DNA of 33,030 nt from a virus. A program made the position numbers and the translations under genes. The first letter of the stretch is position 1. Each line of letters opens with the position of its first letter. Location: the IMG/VR virus record IMGVR_UViG_3300025860_000001. One strand, written 5' to 3'. Shown one piece after another: positions 13,160 to 23,637 of the stretch. The notes under the pieces were generated by a model. The model was not told the DNA's origin, searched no databases, and was given only the letters and a program-made list of their open reading frames with translations.

Positions 13160-14143
13160 TTAACTACTAAACAATAATGAGGCTGCATCGTGTATGCTGC
13201 CCGTTTTTTTCAATTTAGACATTTGCTGACGTTGTTTTTTTGCTGCGGAGTCGGGTAACTTCTTAGTTCCAGCTTTCATTAATGGTCTAGCTTTTTTGAG
13301 TTTGGCTTGCACATCACCATTCCCTGCTACCATCTGGTCATACATCATGGCCTTGTGTAGAACTTTCATGGCTCGGTGGTCAATAATCCCACTGATTTCT
13401 TCGGCACTATAGCCTTCGGATACGCCCTGCTTTACCAGCCTTTCCTTCATCTTGGTTGCTTTATTAGCGTCACCAAACTCAGGAATTGCTTTTTTAAGTT
13501 CTGACATTTGCGATTGCAAGTGAATCTGTTTAGCTTCATTTTGCGCCTGCGCGTTAGCCTCATTGTGCTGATCTATTTGCTGTCGCTGTGCTTGAAAGGC
13601 TCTCATCTCTTTACGATAATTAGCATCTGCTTCGATGTACCCTAATGGGTCTGCACTAAGCAAATCTTCCGTTGGAGGTGTGGGTTCTCTTAAAACACCT
13701 TGCGTCCCTAACTGCTGCATAAACTGACTAAGCTGCTCACGCTGTTGGTTTAAGCCGTTATAGGCTTCCTCAGCTTTTTTGCGCTGGTCTGCCGCCTGTT
13801 TCATGCCTTGTTGAATATATTTTTGTCCACTATAGCTTTTGGTTAAATCAGATAAAGTTACATCAACAGTCTCCCCGTTTACTTTAACGGAGTACGTTTC
13901 TGGCTCAGTTTGATCGTCTAGCGTATCGTCTGACTCTTCATATTCATCACCATCATCTTCATCTTCTAATTCTGCGTATTCGGCATCATCGTCAGTTTCC
14001 AACTCTGATTCTTGCTCAACCTCGGTTTCTTCAACTTCTGCAACTTCTACATCAGTATTATTAACTTCGGCTGCTTCTGACTCCATTGGAGCCATTAACG
14101 CTTCTGTTGCGCTTTCTATCGTAATTGGGCTAGTCGATTCCAT
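13160..14143 (-). CDS. Scaffolding protein
   Basis: Lies between portal and MCP. Extremely acidic N-terminus (EVEETEVEQESELETDDDAEYAELEDEDDGDEYEESDD), coiled-coil middle and basic C-terminus. Confidence 0.65.
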   Translation of the reverse strand: MESTSPITIESATEALMAPMESEAAEVNNTDVEVAEVEETEVEQESELETDDDAEYAELEDEDDGDEYEESDDTLDDQTEPETYSVKVNGETVDVTLSDLTKSYSGQKYIQQGMKQAADQRKKAEEAYNGLNQQREQLSQFMQQLGTQGVLREPTPPTEDLLSADPLGYIEADANYRKEMRAFQAQRQQIDQHNEANAQAQNEAKQIHLQSQMSELKKAIPEFGDANKATKMKERLVKQGVSEGYSAEEISGIIDHRAMKVLHKAMMYDQMVAGNGDVQAKLKKARPLMKAGTKKLPDSAAKKQRQQMSKLKKTGSIHDAASLLFSS

Positions 14144-14155
14144 ATCGGTGCTATC

Positions 14156-14383
14156 CTATTTTTTAATTCGTTTATCTTTCATATCTTGATTTGTAATTGC
14201 TCGTTTCAAGACGTTCTCAAACTCGTTTAAAGCCCTCAACATTGCGTGAGCCTCTTCTCGTTTTTCAACTTCATCAGCTTTAGAATGTAAGAAAACATTG
14301 CACTGATTTGTTCGCATACTAACAAAAACTTCCAAAAAAGTCTCATCTGCTAATAAATTTTTAGCTTGATCTTTTAAAATCAT
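14156..14383 (-). CDS. Hypothetical protein (75 aa)
   Basis: ATGA-coupled to the portal stop. Helical. Confidence 0.5.
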   Translation of the reverse strand: MILKDQAKNLLADETFLEVFVSMRTNQCNVFLHSKADEVEKREEAHAMLRALNEFENVLKRAITNQDMKDKRIKK

Positions 14384-16545
14384 TGAACATTACCCATTCG
14401 TGGGGCTGCTTGCATTGACTTAACGCGCTCAACGTCAACGGCTGTGCCGTATTGACCCAATATCCTAGCGGCCTCAACAAGCAAGTCTTGGTTCATTTGA
14501 TCGCGCTCTAAATCATCACTGGCCTGCAATTCACGATATTTAAGCTGCAATTCAGCCAGTTCTTGGCCCTGCTTAGATTGCATTTGTGCGGCTTTTACTT
14601 GCATATCAGCTTGCATCTTAATTTGATCGCCCTGCATTTTCCCTTGCATCTTCATCTGGTCGCCCTGCATCTTAGCTTGAGCCTTGATCTGTTCAGCCTC
14701 AATAAGTGCCTGTGCCATTGGGTCGCCCTGCTGACCCTGTGCTGCTTGTGCGGCTTGCTCTGCCATTTGAGCCATTAACTGAGCCTCACTTTCTGGGTTC
14801 ATAGGCGCGTAATAACGATCAGCGTCATTGAACCCACTTAATGCCAAAGTATCTGATAAAGTGTTACGCATTTGTGTCATTGAAACTAAGCCATTCTGAG
14901 GCCCGTAGGTCTGCCAAATTTGCTGCTGAGTTTGGAAAGTCTGCATCAGTGCTGCGGCCTTGGCATCTTCTTGCCCTGTGCCTAACCCGACATTAATTTC
15001 CATGTCCATTGAGCTATCCCAAATGGCAGGGTCAACAGGTACAAACTGTCCATTGAGGCGCATCATTTGCTCGTCTGGCGAGTTTTTAACGGCAACGTGT
15101 AGCATTAGTTGAAATAACCGCTTAGTGCCTTCTGCGAGGTTTCTAGCCATGACTTCAACTTGGCCTGCGCCAGCTTGTGCGGTCAATGCGGCTGCGGTGG
15201 CAGAGGTGTTCTGCAACATATCGGGGTTAAGGCCCATGCTCATTTTACTAATGCCTGTTTTCTCTTCAACCAGCATGTCAAGATATTGCAATGCTGGCAG
15301 TGTGGAACCTGCTACAAAAGGCACTGTTAATGGGTTAATCGACCCTATTTGCTCACTGCGAATGATTGCACCGATCTCGTTATTCAGCACATCGTCCATT
15401 TCCACCAAATCTTCATTGACCTCTAAACGTGGGGTGTTTACTAACGCTACGTTATCCAATATTCCACGCAGTACGCTAGTGGTTGTATCTTGATCGTTAA
15501 TCACTAACTCAGCCAGTGAGCGACCATAAAAAGCGTGGGGTTCTGGGTCAACGTGGAAATCAGCAAACGGGGCTTTATCCCACGGCTCCATCTCAAGCAC
15601 TTCGTAATCAGTGCCGCCACATAAGAACTTGTGCAAAGTGGGTATGCCGTCACCTTCTGCGTCAATGCGTAGATAAGCCTCTGTGACTAAAACTTGGCGC
15701 ATTGATGGGTCATTGTCTACATCTTCATCGTCTGTAATAGACTCGCCAAAACGCTGTATTTTTTCAATATTACCAATCAATGAATCATTGTCTGAGCCGT
15801 TTAGGTTATCAACAACGTCTTGATCAATACCCATAGCCACTAAATCGCCTGCGCGTTTCTCGCTTCTGTGGCAGCAAATATACGCATCATCAATCGACTT
15901 AGCCGAACCATCAATGAAAAACTCTTCTGGGGGAATCCCCTCAATGACCATTTCGCCCTCTTCATACTTGTGCGTAATAACCATACTGTGAACATTGCGT
16001 TCAACATCTAAGCCGAACTCGTCCATTTCCATTTCTATTTCTTGTCGATGTTCTACAACTTCAACACCTTCTTTGTTGACCAATACCTGTACTTCTTGAT
16101 CTGACAAGTTTTCATAAGTGTACGTTTTAGCGATTGTTTCTTGGTTCCACCAGACTTTCACAATGCCGACTTTCTTCACTAATGAATCATGGATTGCATT
16201 AGATAAGACGTTATAGCCACCTACTTTGTTAAACACCCAATGCGTGTAGGCTGTCGCTTGTTCTGCATTAGCCACATCTTCTGGGCCTTTGGGCGTAAAT
16301 TCCACAAACTTATTATTGCTCATAAAGATACGCATTAGGCTAGGTTTAGCACCACGCACCACATCACGCACTTTAGTAGACACTACCCTAGAACGACCCT
16401 CTTCATGCTCTAAGTCAACATTTCCGTCAAAGTAGCTTTGAGCTCGTTCTCGTTGATCTGCTATGTCGCTGTCAACGTAATCAATGGCTGACTGAATAGC
16501 GGTTTTAATTGCACTTTGAATATCTTGTTGTGACATTTTAGGCAT
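14380..16545 (-). CDS. Portal protein
   Basis: 721 aa, upstream of scaffold and MCP. Long C-terminal helical Q/M/K-rich repeat region (KMQGDQMKMQGKMQGDQIKMQADMQ), as in portal barrel extensions. Confidence 0.75.
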   Translation of the reverse strand: MPKMSQQDIQSAIKTAIQSAIDYVDSDIADQRERAQSYFDGNVDLEHEEGRSRVVSTKVRDVVRGAKPSLMRIFMSNNKFVEFTPKGPEDVANAEQATAYTHWVFNKVGGYNVLSNAIHDSLVKKVGIVKVWWNQETIAKTYTYENLSDQEVQVLVNKEGVEVVEHRQEIEMEMDEFGLDVERNVHSMVITHKYEEGEMVIEGIPPEEFFIDGSAKSIDDAYICCHRSEKRAGDLVAMGIDQDVVDNLNGSDNDSLIGNIEKIQRFGESITDDEDVDNDPSMRQVLVTEAYLRIDAEGDGIPTLHKFLCGGTDYEVLEMEPWDKAPFADFHVDPEPHAFYGRSLAELVINDQDTTTSVLRGILDNVALVNTPRLEVNEDLVEMDDVLNNEIGAIIRSEQIGSINPLTVPFVAGSTLPALQYLDMLVEEKTGISKMSMGLNPDMLQNTSATAAALTAQAGAGQVEVMARNLAEGTKRLFQLMLHVAVKNSPDEQMMRLNGQFVPVDPAIWDSSMDMEINVGLGTGQEDAKAAALMQTFQTQQQIWQTYGPQNGLVSMTQMRNTLSDTLALSGFNDADRYYAPMNPESEAQLMAQMAEQAAQAAQGQQGDPMAQALIEAEQIKAQAKMQGDQMKMQGKMQGDQIKMQADMQVKAAQMQSKQGQELAELQLKYRELQASDDLERDQMNQDLLVEAARILGQYGTAVDVERVKSMQAAPRMGNVQ

Positions 16546-18458
16546 TACATTGCACCTTGTTGCGTTGTACTTTCTGGTTGTACTTCACTAAGCAAGCCTC
16601 TCATGCCAAACTCAGCAGCCTTGCCGCCTGTATAGCCGCCAGCACTTTGACTTCCAGTAGTAATCATATCAGCCAATTTTTTAACTCTATTTTGTAGTTG
16701 AGCCATTTTACCACTATCGGCCAGTGCCGACTTAACAAACTGTGGATCTTCACTTAAAAGAACTTCTGTTATCTGCCTGCGTTGGCTGTCAGTTAGTTTG
16801 GGAGCAAGGGCTTTAATAGCTTTCATACCCACACCAATACCAGCAGCTACGTTTCCATAAGACATAGCTAGTAATTCATCTGCACCAACACCCAATCCCT
16901 GCTGCTTAGTTGCTGCATCAGTTAATGCCGTACTTGGGCCTTCAATAATCTTTTCATAAGATAACTGGGTCTTACCTTGTAATGCTAATTTAACAAGTGC
17001 AGACTTTTGTTTATCTTCTGGGAATACGTTAGCAAATACTTTACCCTCACGTAATTCTGGGTTAGCCAGTTTAGCTAAGAAACGCTTAGAGCCATTAGTA
17101 GACATTTTGTTGTTAATGCTAGACATTATACCTTCACGAAACGCACTAATTTTAGCGGTATCACCAGAAGCCATTATTTGCTCTGCAAGAATTTCAAACG
17201 CTTCAACATCACCTGTAAATGCTTTCTTGCCACTATCAAAAGCATCCCTAGCATCAGCCATTCTTGACCAACCTGCGCGAGTATCTTTTAACTCTGGGCT
17301 AAATTCATCAATGTTGGTTCTTAGATTATCTTCTAGCACCATAAGTTCAGACTTCAATGTGCCTCGGCCTTCACGACCAGCAACTTGCGCCTGCTCATTT
17401 GCCATACGTCTAATTATTTCTACATCTTCTAACGTAGGAATACGAGACATTTCTAAAGCACCATTATCAGCAGTCTTAAACAATGGCACTAAGTTACGCA
17501 CATTGTAAATTTTATTTAACTCAGTTAGTGCTTCTGGTACGCGCTGAACTACTTCTAAAGCCTGCCTAGTCAAATCAGTATTTACTTCACCAGCTTTAGA
17601 GAATACTTTATTGTAAGCATCACCTAATGCTTTTTTCCAATCAGTTTCCTTCATATTGGCGTATTTAAGTACGTTACCCTCTGTGCCGCCAGTTAGACCA
17701 ATTTGAACATCTTCTTTAGCTGCTAATCTAGCTGCGGTTGCCCTTTCTGGAACAGCAGTTCTTATCATAGACTCTGGTGGCCCACCTTGAGACATATAAG
17801 ACCTTACTGTGCTGTGCAGGCTTTGATTGTCTGACATTGTTTCGCCATTAGCTATTCTTTCAAAAAGTTCGTCACGCGACATTCCTGTCTGATCTGCTAG
17901 GCGGTTTAGTTCATTTTCAACAACTGTACCCATTCGACCTTTACCACGCTGGCGCACAAACTCTAAAAATTTATCTGCAACACCGCCCATAAACTTACCA
18001 GCGTATAATCCTCCTACACCACCGCCAGCACCAAGAGCAACCCCTAATGGGGCATCTTTTAGACTTGCAACACCTTCACGCTCACTTAAACCAACAGCAG
18101 CAGCACCGCCCTCTGCTGCGCCAAGTTGCAAAGCCCTTACTACTGGCCTAGCGGCATTAACAACTGATACTGGTGAAGAGACTCCCATTGTGGCAACAGT
18201 AGGTATCATTGCCCCTGCTGCCTCATAAGCCATAGCTTGATACGGGCTACGTTCTCTGTGCGCGTTTATTTTCCTACGCAATTCATCGCGTATTTCAATG
18301 TAACTTTCACTTTGGAATGGTGCGCGAGCTAGAGCTTCAATTTCATCACTAAAGCCTAATGACGCGCCCTGTGCTATTAATCTTGCAACCTGATCGTCTG
18401 GCTGAATCTCGTCTAATTGACCTAATAATTGCTCAAACTGCTCATCTGTTAATGCCAT
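16545..18458 (-). CDS. Virion internal/ejection-type protein (637 aa)
   Basis: Large Ala/Gly-rich helical ORF preceding the portal. No enzymatic motif seen. Confidence 0.5.
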   Translation of the reverse strand: MALTDEQFEQLLGQLDEIQPDDQVARLIAQGASLGFSDEIEALARAPFQSESYIEIRDELRRKINAHRERSPYQAMAYEAAGAMIPTVATMGVSSPVSVVNAARPVVRALQLGAAEGGAAAVGLSEREGVASLKDAPLGVALGAGGGVGGLYAGKFMGGVADKFLEFVRQRGKGRMGTVVENELNRLADQTGMSRDELFERIANGETMSDNQSLHSTVRSYMSQGGPPESMIRTAVPERATAARLAAKEDVQIGLTGGTEGNVLKYANMKETDWKKALGDAYNKVFSKAGEVNTDLTRQALEVVQRVPEALTELNKIYNVRNLVPLFKTADNGALEMSRIPTLEDVEIIRRMANEQAQVAGREGRGTLKSELMVLEDNLRTNIDEFSPELKDTRAGWSRMADARDAFDSGKKAFTGDVEAFEILAEQIMASGDTAKISAFREGIMSSINNKMSTNGSKRFLAKLANPELREGKVFANVFPEDKQKSALVKLALQGKTQLSYEKIIEGPSTALTDAATKQQGLGVGADELLAMSYGNVAAGIGVGMKAIKALAPKLTDSQRRQITEVLLSEDPQFVKSALADSGKMAQLQNRVKKLADMITTGSQSAGGYTGGKAAEFGMRGLLSEVQPESTTQQGAM

Positions 18459-18471
18459 AAATATTCCCTAA

Positions 18472-19563
18472 CTACGGTAGCTTAACGCCAGTTAATTGCT
18501 CAAATGCAGCTTTTTGCTTTGGAGTCATTATATCAATTTGTTTTTTAGACAAAACTAACCCACCAGTACCAGTAGCACCACTGCCAGCGTTTTGTGGAGA
18601 AGCGTAATTTACAATAGGATTTGCTCTAGGCTTTTCTGCGTTATATTTTTGTATGTAACTAGAGTAAGTTACATCACCTTTAGTTAGGATTTTAGATTGT
18701 GAAATTAGCCAATCACGCATCTTTGTTTGCGCTGCTATTTTTTCTAAAATATGTTTGTTTAATTCTTCACCTTGTAAACTTAAATCTAATCCAGTGCTTA
18801 ACGCTAACTGTAGTTCCTTCTCGCTTAACGCGCCAAAAGTGGCACTATTAATAATGTCTATACCAAGCGAGTTGGCTGTATTTCTTAAAGATGTTGTTGC
18901 TGCACTAAACGATGGTACAAACCTTGCTAAAAATCCAGATGAGGCTCCATTCTTAACCGCTTCTCTGGCTGACTCTAACTTAACTAGTGATTCATCCATA
19001 GCACTAGCACGATCAAAAGCAGCAAAACCTTTCTTCTGGGCCATTGCTATGTCTGCAAGCCTAGTAGTAGCTGCATTCTCAATTTCAAGTGTTTGTGTTG
19101 GGGTTTGCCCTATAGCACCAGCAACGTCTATCCTAGTAGAAGTCCCATCATTTGGATTTGACATAATAGTATACTGTTGGCCCGTTTTTGGGTCAGTCTG
19201 TACACCAGTAAACTTCAACATATCACTCTTGCCATACTTAGACTTTACAAACTCACCTGTAATGGTTTTAAGTAATTCTGGATTAGTTCTAGCCACAGCC
19301 AATACTTCATCTGGCACACCGCCAGCCTTTAACTGCATTAAAGTAGCGTTAGATTGGCTTGAAAGAAGTTTTGTAGCTTCTTCCTTTTCACGCCTAGCCG
19401 CTAAAGACGCCTGCTGACCTTCAATGCCAGCCATAATACTAGCTGTGTTGGGATTGCCACTCATGCCTGCAAAACCAGAAGCCAAGCCCAAAGCTAATGC
19501 GCTTCTGTCATTGTTTGACATACTGGGTGAAGGCCCACCTTTAATATTGTCTAATAAGCCCAT
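18472..19563 (-). CDS. Virion internal/ejection-type protein (363 aa)
   Basis: ATG 19563 lies 1 nt after the upstream stop. Ala/Ser/Gly-rich. Confidence 0.5.
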   Translation of the reverse strand: MGLLDNIKGGPSPSMSNNDRSALALGLASGFAGMSGNPNTASIMAGIEGQQASLAARREKEEATKLLSSQSNATLMQLKAGGVPDEVLAVARTNPELLKTITGEFVKSKYGKSDMLKFTGVQTDPKTGQQYTIMSNPNDGTSTRIDVAGAIGQTPTQTLEIENAATTRLADIAMAQKKGFAAFDRASAMDESLVKLESAREAVKNGASSGFLARFVPSFSAATTSLRNTANSLGIDIINSATFGALSEKELQLALSTGLDLSLQGEELNKHILEKIAAQTKMRDWLISQSKILTKGDVTYSSYIQKYNAEKPRANPIVNYASPQNAGSGATGTGGLVLSKKQIDIMTPKQKAAFEQLTGVKLP

Positions 19564-19564
19564 C

Positions 19565-20317
19565 TTAACCTCCAAATCCGAACATACTTCCTATTTTGGC
19601 AGGGTTAGAAGCGTATGCTTTTGCACCTAACGTCAGATAATCAAACAATCCTGCGTCATAAGTCTCTGTCTGCTGCTGTTGTGCTGGTGCGCCACCGACT
19701 GCCTGCAACAAATACTGCAATGACTGTGCTGGTGCGCCAGTGTAGCCAGCGTATTGATTCTTGCCTGCGTTAATAAGCTGTTGATTCAATGCTTGCTGCA
19801 TTGCGCCTTGTTGATCCATACGATTTTGAATAGTCTGACCCATGCCAAAGCCTAGATTAGCCAAACTGCCCAACTGTTGGCCTGCATTTAAACGCTGTTG
19901 TGCGCCCGATAAGCCTGCCTGCTGGTTTTGCATTTGCGCTTGGCGTTCCATTGTCTGTGCGTTCTGGTAGCCTGTCTGCCGCAATCCTGACGCTGTACGG
20001 GCTGCTTGATCTGCAAAGGCCCGATTGGTTTCTGCTTCTGCAATGCCCTGTCGTGAACCACCAAATGCGTTAGCTGCGCTTGCTTGTGCGCCACCTACGT
20101 TCTGAGCCATAAGACGGCTTCGTTCTAAATCAGCAAGAGATTGGTTCACAACCTGTGTCTCATACGGATTAGTGTACTGCTGCAAACTATCTTGCGTTGG
20201 CGCAGTAATTGCCATAGGCCGATAATTCATGCCTTGTGATGCACCCATTCCTGCCTGTTGTATGCCGCCTGCTGCTGCTTGATTGACGTTAAAACCGCCT
20301 GTTGGTGAGCCTGCCAT
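19565..20317 (-). CDS. Gln/Gly/Ala-rich virion protein (250 aa)
   Basis: Low-complexity Q/N/G/A composition (QQAGLSGAQQRLNAGQQLG), typical of podovirus internal proteins. Confidence 0.5.
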   Translation of the reverse strand: MAGSPTGGFNVNQAAAGGIQQAGMGASQGMNYRPMAITAPTQDSLQQYTNPYETQVVNQSLADLERSRLMAQNVGGAQASAANAFGGSRQGIAEAETNRAFADQAARTASGLRQTGYQNAQTMERQAQMQNQQAGLSGAQQRLNAGQQLGSLANLGFGMGQTIQNRMDQQGAMQQALNQQLINAGKNQYAGYTGAPAQSLQYLLQAVGGAPAQQQQTETYDAGLFDYLTLGAKAYASNPAKIGSMFGFGG

Positions 20318-20352
20318 AATGTTGTTCCTTATATCTTAAATATTAGTAGTGC

Positions 20353-21432
20353 TTAACGACCAGCTTCACCCGTACTCATGCCTTGGTAGCCGCCCACACC
20401 ACTTGAACTGCGAACATTACCGCCCGTTCCTCCAGCAGCATTATTGCCCTTGTTTGGGTTGCCGCCACCGCCTCGGTTAACTGTGCTTTGAGTGATTACT
20501 GCTGGCGCACGATAAGGCGTTGTTACTGCGCTTAGTCTAAGATCTTCTAGCAAGCTGGCTTGTCGTTCCATTTCTTGATTATAGTCTGCCTCTGCCTGCA
20601 TAGCGGCTTGCACCTTTGCTGCGGATTGCACGCGATCTGCTTCCATTCTGGCTGCGTAACGAGCATTTGCTTCATTCATTTGACTGACTGACTCGGCCTG
20701 AGACATTGATGGGTCGCCAGCACCAGACATATCAAACAATGAGCCTTGCACAAAATCCACTGCTCTTAATGGGCCACCCAATAACCCGTTAACAATCCTT
20801 TCGCCCATTGGCACATCTCTGCGACCACCTTCACCAAAACTCATATCTCGGTAATCAACAACACCATCACCGCTAATATCTTCCGTTGGCATTGAGTATT
20901 TGTAAGGGTTATACGCTCGGTTAACACCAAATATTTCAGCATCACTTGTTTGATCTTGTGGGAATTGGAATGGAGTTTCACCACCGCCACCGCCACCACC
21001 AGAAATCATCTGCCCAGTTTGCATAGGTGTAGCACCATATCCGCTTCTTGGTGCTGACCCTGTGAATGGGTCGATGAACATATCACTCATGGCGCGATAT
21101 TGGGCTGGCGCATTAGCAAACAGGTTATCCAATGACTGCTCATACAAAGGCGCACTAGAATAGCCCTGTAAGCCGCCTGCAAAGGTTTCTGCTTGTGGCA
21201 TACCAGCCATAGCATTAAAGCCTTGTGGGGCCAATCCAAAGGCACTAGCAGCGTTACCCGTAGATTGCATAGACTGTTGCTGCATAGGTGAGAAAGCTGC
21301 TACATCAGGCCCGTAATAAGGCACATAGCCAATTTGAGATACGTCACGCGCTTTGTTGATGTTTTCAATCGCTGCATTTTCCAACCATGCTGGAATTTCT
21401 GTGCTGCCTGATGTTGTGCCGCCTTTTGACAT
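20353..21432 (-). CDS. Gly-rich virion protein (359 aa)
   Basis: ATG 21432 with AAGAGG 8 nt upstream. Contains a G7 run and a Gly-rich C-terminus. Confidence 0.55.
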   Translation of the reverse strand: MSKGGTTSGSTEIPAWLENAAIENINKARDVSQIGYVPYYGPDVAAFSPMQQQSMQSTGNAASAFGLAPQGFNAMAGMPQAETFAGGLQGYSSAPLYEQSLDNLFANAPAQYRAMSDMFIDPFTGSAPRSGYGATPMQTGQMISGGGGGGGETPFQFPQDQTSDAEIFGVNRAYNPYKYSMPTEDISGDGVVDYRDMSFGEGGRRDVPMGERIVNGLLGGPLRAVDFVQGSLFDMSGAGDPSMSQAESVSQMNEANARYAARMEADRVQSAAKVQAAMQAEADYNQEMERQASLLEDLRLSAVTTPYRAPAVITQSTVNRGGGGNPNKGNNAAGGTGGNVRSSSGVGGYQGMSTGEAGR

Positions 21433-21434
21433 AC

Positions 21435-21791
21435 CTAAAACCTCTTTTCTAATAGCACTAATTGGGATTTCCAACCAATGTCTGCCAATGCTTTTGACCA
21501 GCCTTTGCGACCGCTCATTGTCAAACTTTCACACTCTTGGGCCTTTGCCCAACTGATTAAATCTGGCTGCATACCCTTAATTTCTTCTAAATTACCACCG
21601 CCTAAAAAAACGTGTAAAACCTTCTTTTGAGGGAACCGCGTAATCTCTGTAACTAGACAAGAATTAGCCGCAGGCCATAGCTGTGATTTGCCCTCAATTA
21701 TACCATTTTTAACATCTTCAAAAGTGTGTGTACCGCCCGAATATTCAAGCGCATCCTCTATCCATTTTCTGCATCTGTCTAACTCGTTCAT
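21435..21791 (-). CDS. Hypothetical virion-block protein (118 aa)
   Basis: ATGA overlap with the upstream stop. No motif recognised with confidence. Confidence 0.5.
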   Translation of the reverse strand: MNELDRCRKWIEDALEYSGGTHTFEDVKNGIIEGKSQLWPAANSCLVTEITRFPQKKVLHVFLGGGNLEEIKGMQPDLISWAKAQECESLTMSGRKGWSKALADIGWKSQLVLLEKRF

Positions 21792-22156
21792 CCGACAATC
21801 CAAGCTGTGGCGTTACGGAATACGGGTATAACAACTGCACCGCCACCTGAGACTGCTGCGCCAAAGCTAGGTGATGCTGCGTCAGTCACATAAGCCCGTT
21901 GACCAACCACACCCGTAGGCAATGCCGCCACTGTATAACCACGCGCAATCTGTACAGGCACATAAGCACCATCGACTGAAACAACAGGGTATTCTCCTGT
22001 CTGGTTCCAGAGCAATACACCATCCTCTGCGGCTGATTCGCTTGCGCCTTTATGACGTAATGCACTACGAGTTAATGCCAGCCATGCAGAAGTACGCTGC
22101 GCCCATTGCAGCCAGTTTAAATTAATCAGTCTGGGTGGTTGGTCTAATATGCTCAA
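21788..22156 (-). CDS. Hypothetical tail-associated protein (122 aa, TTG start)
   Basis: TTG overlaps the TGA of the 493-aa gene and there is no internal Met. The C-terminus GQRAYVTDA...GGGAVVIPVFRNATAWIVG recurs in phage tail proteins as I recall. Confidence 0.45.
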   Translation of the reverse strand: MSILDQPPRLINLNWLQWAQRTSAWLALTRSALRHKGASESAAEDGVLLWNQTGEYPVVSVDGAYVPVQIARGYTVAALPTGVVGQRAYVTDAASPSFGAAVSGGGAVVIPVFRNATAWIVG

Positions 22157-23634
22157 CGTCTGCCCCCTTGCCTAACTTCCAATCTATTAATGCCAACGCG
22201 CCAATCATCAGCATTAACCCCTTCAACGCGTATCCTGACTTGTCTGCCAGTAAAACGTAGACTAACGGGGTTTGCCATATTAAACGGGCCATATGACCTT
22301 TCCACATCGTTGGGATAAAATCGAGTTTTGAACGTAGCGTCAACGTCCCCTTGCGTCTTTTCATCAGGTATCATCTGGGTGACTGCCATTACATTATCGC
22401 CATTACCAATAGATATTGGGCCTGATTCTGCAAACGGCTCACCACCATCGTAGTTAAATCCAATCTCATGCTCGTACAATTTCTTGTCGGTTGCAGAGGC
22501 AATAATAGGTTGGCGATATACGCCTGCGTCCACACCAGAAGTTCTAGCTAAAACGCCTATGGCCCAAGTGTTATCGTTGTAGTTAAACACGACATAGCGG
22601 TTATTCTCATTAGAGTTGCCCGATGGGTAGAACCACCAAATCTCACCAAAGTTTGCGTTAGATACGGCTGCAACCTTACTGATCTGGCTGTGGTTAATGT
22701 CTGAGAATACATAGTCTGCAACCTCGCAATTAACCTCGCTAACTGCACCACCACTGTAAGTGTAGAATGAACGGCTACCCATCCAAACTGCGCCCTTGTC
22801 TACTGTAGCAACAGCTTGACTAGATACAATTCCGCAAGATGTGCCAATACGCTCAATACCGAAAACGTAAGGTGGGCCACTGTAAGTCGCCACATGAGCA
22901 TCAGTGTCAGTTAGAATCAATGCTTGGTTTTGCACTCGCACACCGCACTGAATACGGCCTGTTGTTTGTAGTTCTAAACTGCCAGCTTCATTAGTCGCGG
23001 CTGGTGTCCATACTGTATTATTTTCCCTGTCAGACCATTGCACCAAGCGAGGGTTGCCGCCTGCACCAAGACACATTAAGAACCTTTCTTCTGTCACTAG
23101 GATTGCACGATTGTTAACAGGGGCATTAGCTACCACAGCCGCTTTTGTTGAAGGGCTTAATTGCCACTCATACACCTTGCCGTCTGAACTTGAACAGCCC
23201 ACTAAAAACTGCCCGAATGAATCCATCGACCATGTGGTTGCTGGCGTAATCGTGACCGCTTCTTGTCGCGCTGTGCCGTAATACTCTCGACCATAAAAGG
23301 CCGAACCAAATCCCACAGGGTTAAGCGCGTTCTCACTGCCAGCAGTTAGGCCAACTGGTGTAATGTCATACTGAACGCCTGCGCCACTGTAAGCATATAA
23401 TTTATTATAACTACCAGCCGCAATCCAACGATCTGAGTTATTCGCAATCCAAGACTTCATGCCACGCACTTGCCCTGCACTAGCCGTATCGCTGCGAGTA
23501 CGCCAGCCACCGATGGGGCGCAATGTATTATCAAACCAGCGCACAAGATTAGAGTCACGCCACCGCCCTTGGCTTTGCAAGTCAGTGCCGTTTCGATAAA
23601 CGCCTGCTGGTAAATCTAGCGGTATTAATGCCAT
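22153..23634 (-). CDS. Tail tube/nozzle-type structural protein (493 aa)
   Basis: The N-terminus MALIPLDLPAGVYRNGTDLQSQGRWRDSNLVRWFDNTLRPIGGWR resembles short-tail phage tail proteins. The body is beta-rich. Confidence 0.5.
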   Translation of the reverse strand: MALIPLDLPAGVYRNGTDLQSQGRWRDSNLVRWFDNTLRPIGGWRTRSDTASAGQVRGMKSWIANNSDRWIAAGSYNKLYAYSGAGVQYDITPVGLTAGSENALNPVGFGSAFYGREYYGTARQEAVTITPATTWSMDSFGQFLVGCSSSDGKVYEWQLSPSTKAAVVANAPVNNRAILVTEERFLMCLGAGGNPRLVQWSDRENNTVWTPAATNEAGSLELQTTGRIQCGVRVQNQALILTDTDAHVATYSGPPYVFGIERIGTSCGIVSSQAVATVDKGAVWMGSRSFYTYSGGAVSEVNCEVADYVFSDINHSQISKVAAVSNANFGEIWWFYPSGNSNENNRYVVFNYNDNTWAIGVLARTSGVDAGVYRQPIIASATDKKLYEHEIGFNYDGGEPFAESGPISIGNGDNVMAVTQMIPDEKTQGDVDATFKTRFYPNDVERSYGPFNMANPVSLRFTGRQVRIRVEGVNADDWRVGINRLEVRQGGRR

Positions 23635-23637
23635 AAA

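Noticed and set aside
18755-19417. 220-aa + strand ORF. Similar long antisense ORFs occur at 27880-28506, 17107-17508, 15125-15493, 12556-12974, 14563-14778, 25322-26245 and 1687-2052.
   Set aside because: Each lies entirely antisense to a longer ORF with clear motifs or operon coupling. They have Ser/Pro/Leu/Ala-rich low-complexity translations and lack SD sequences, so they are shadow ORFs.
19888-20094. 68-aa alternative-frame ORF inside the Q/G/A-rich 250-aa gene.
   Set aside because: It is same-strand and out of frame within a low-complexity gene, with a Gln/Arg/His-rich translation. This is a likely statistical artefact of repetitive codons.
22122-22364. 80-aa ORF in the third frame, overlapping the end of the 493-aa tail gene and the start of the 122-aa gene. 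It has a hydrophobic stretch (GLMLMIGALALI).
   Set aside because: It is fully embedded in two better-supported genes, and I saw no SD or slippery site. An overprinted gene cannot be excluded, but there is no positive evidence for one.
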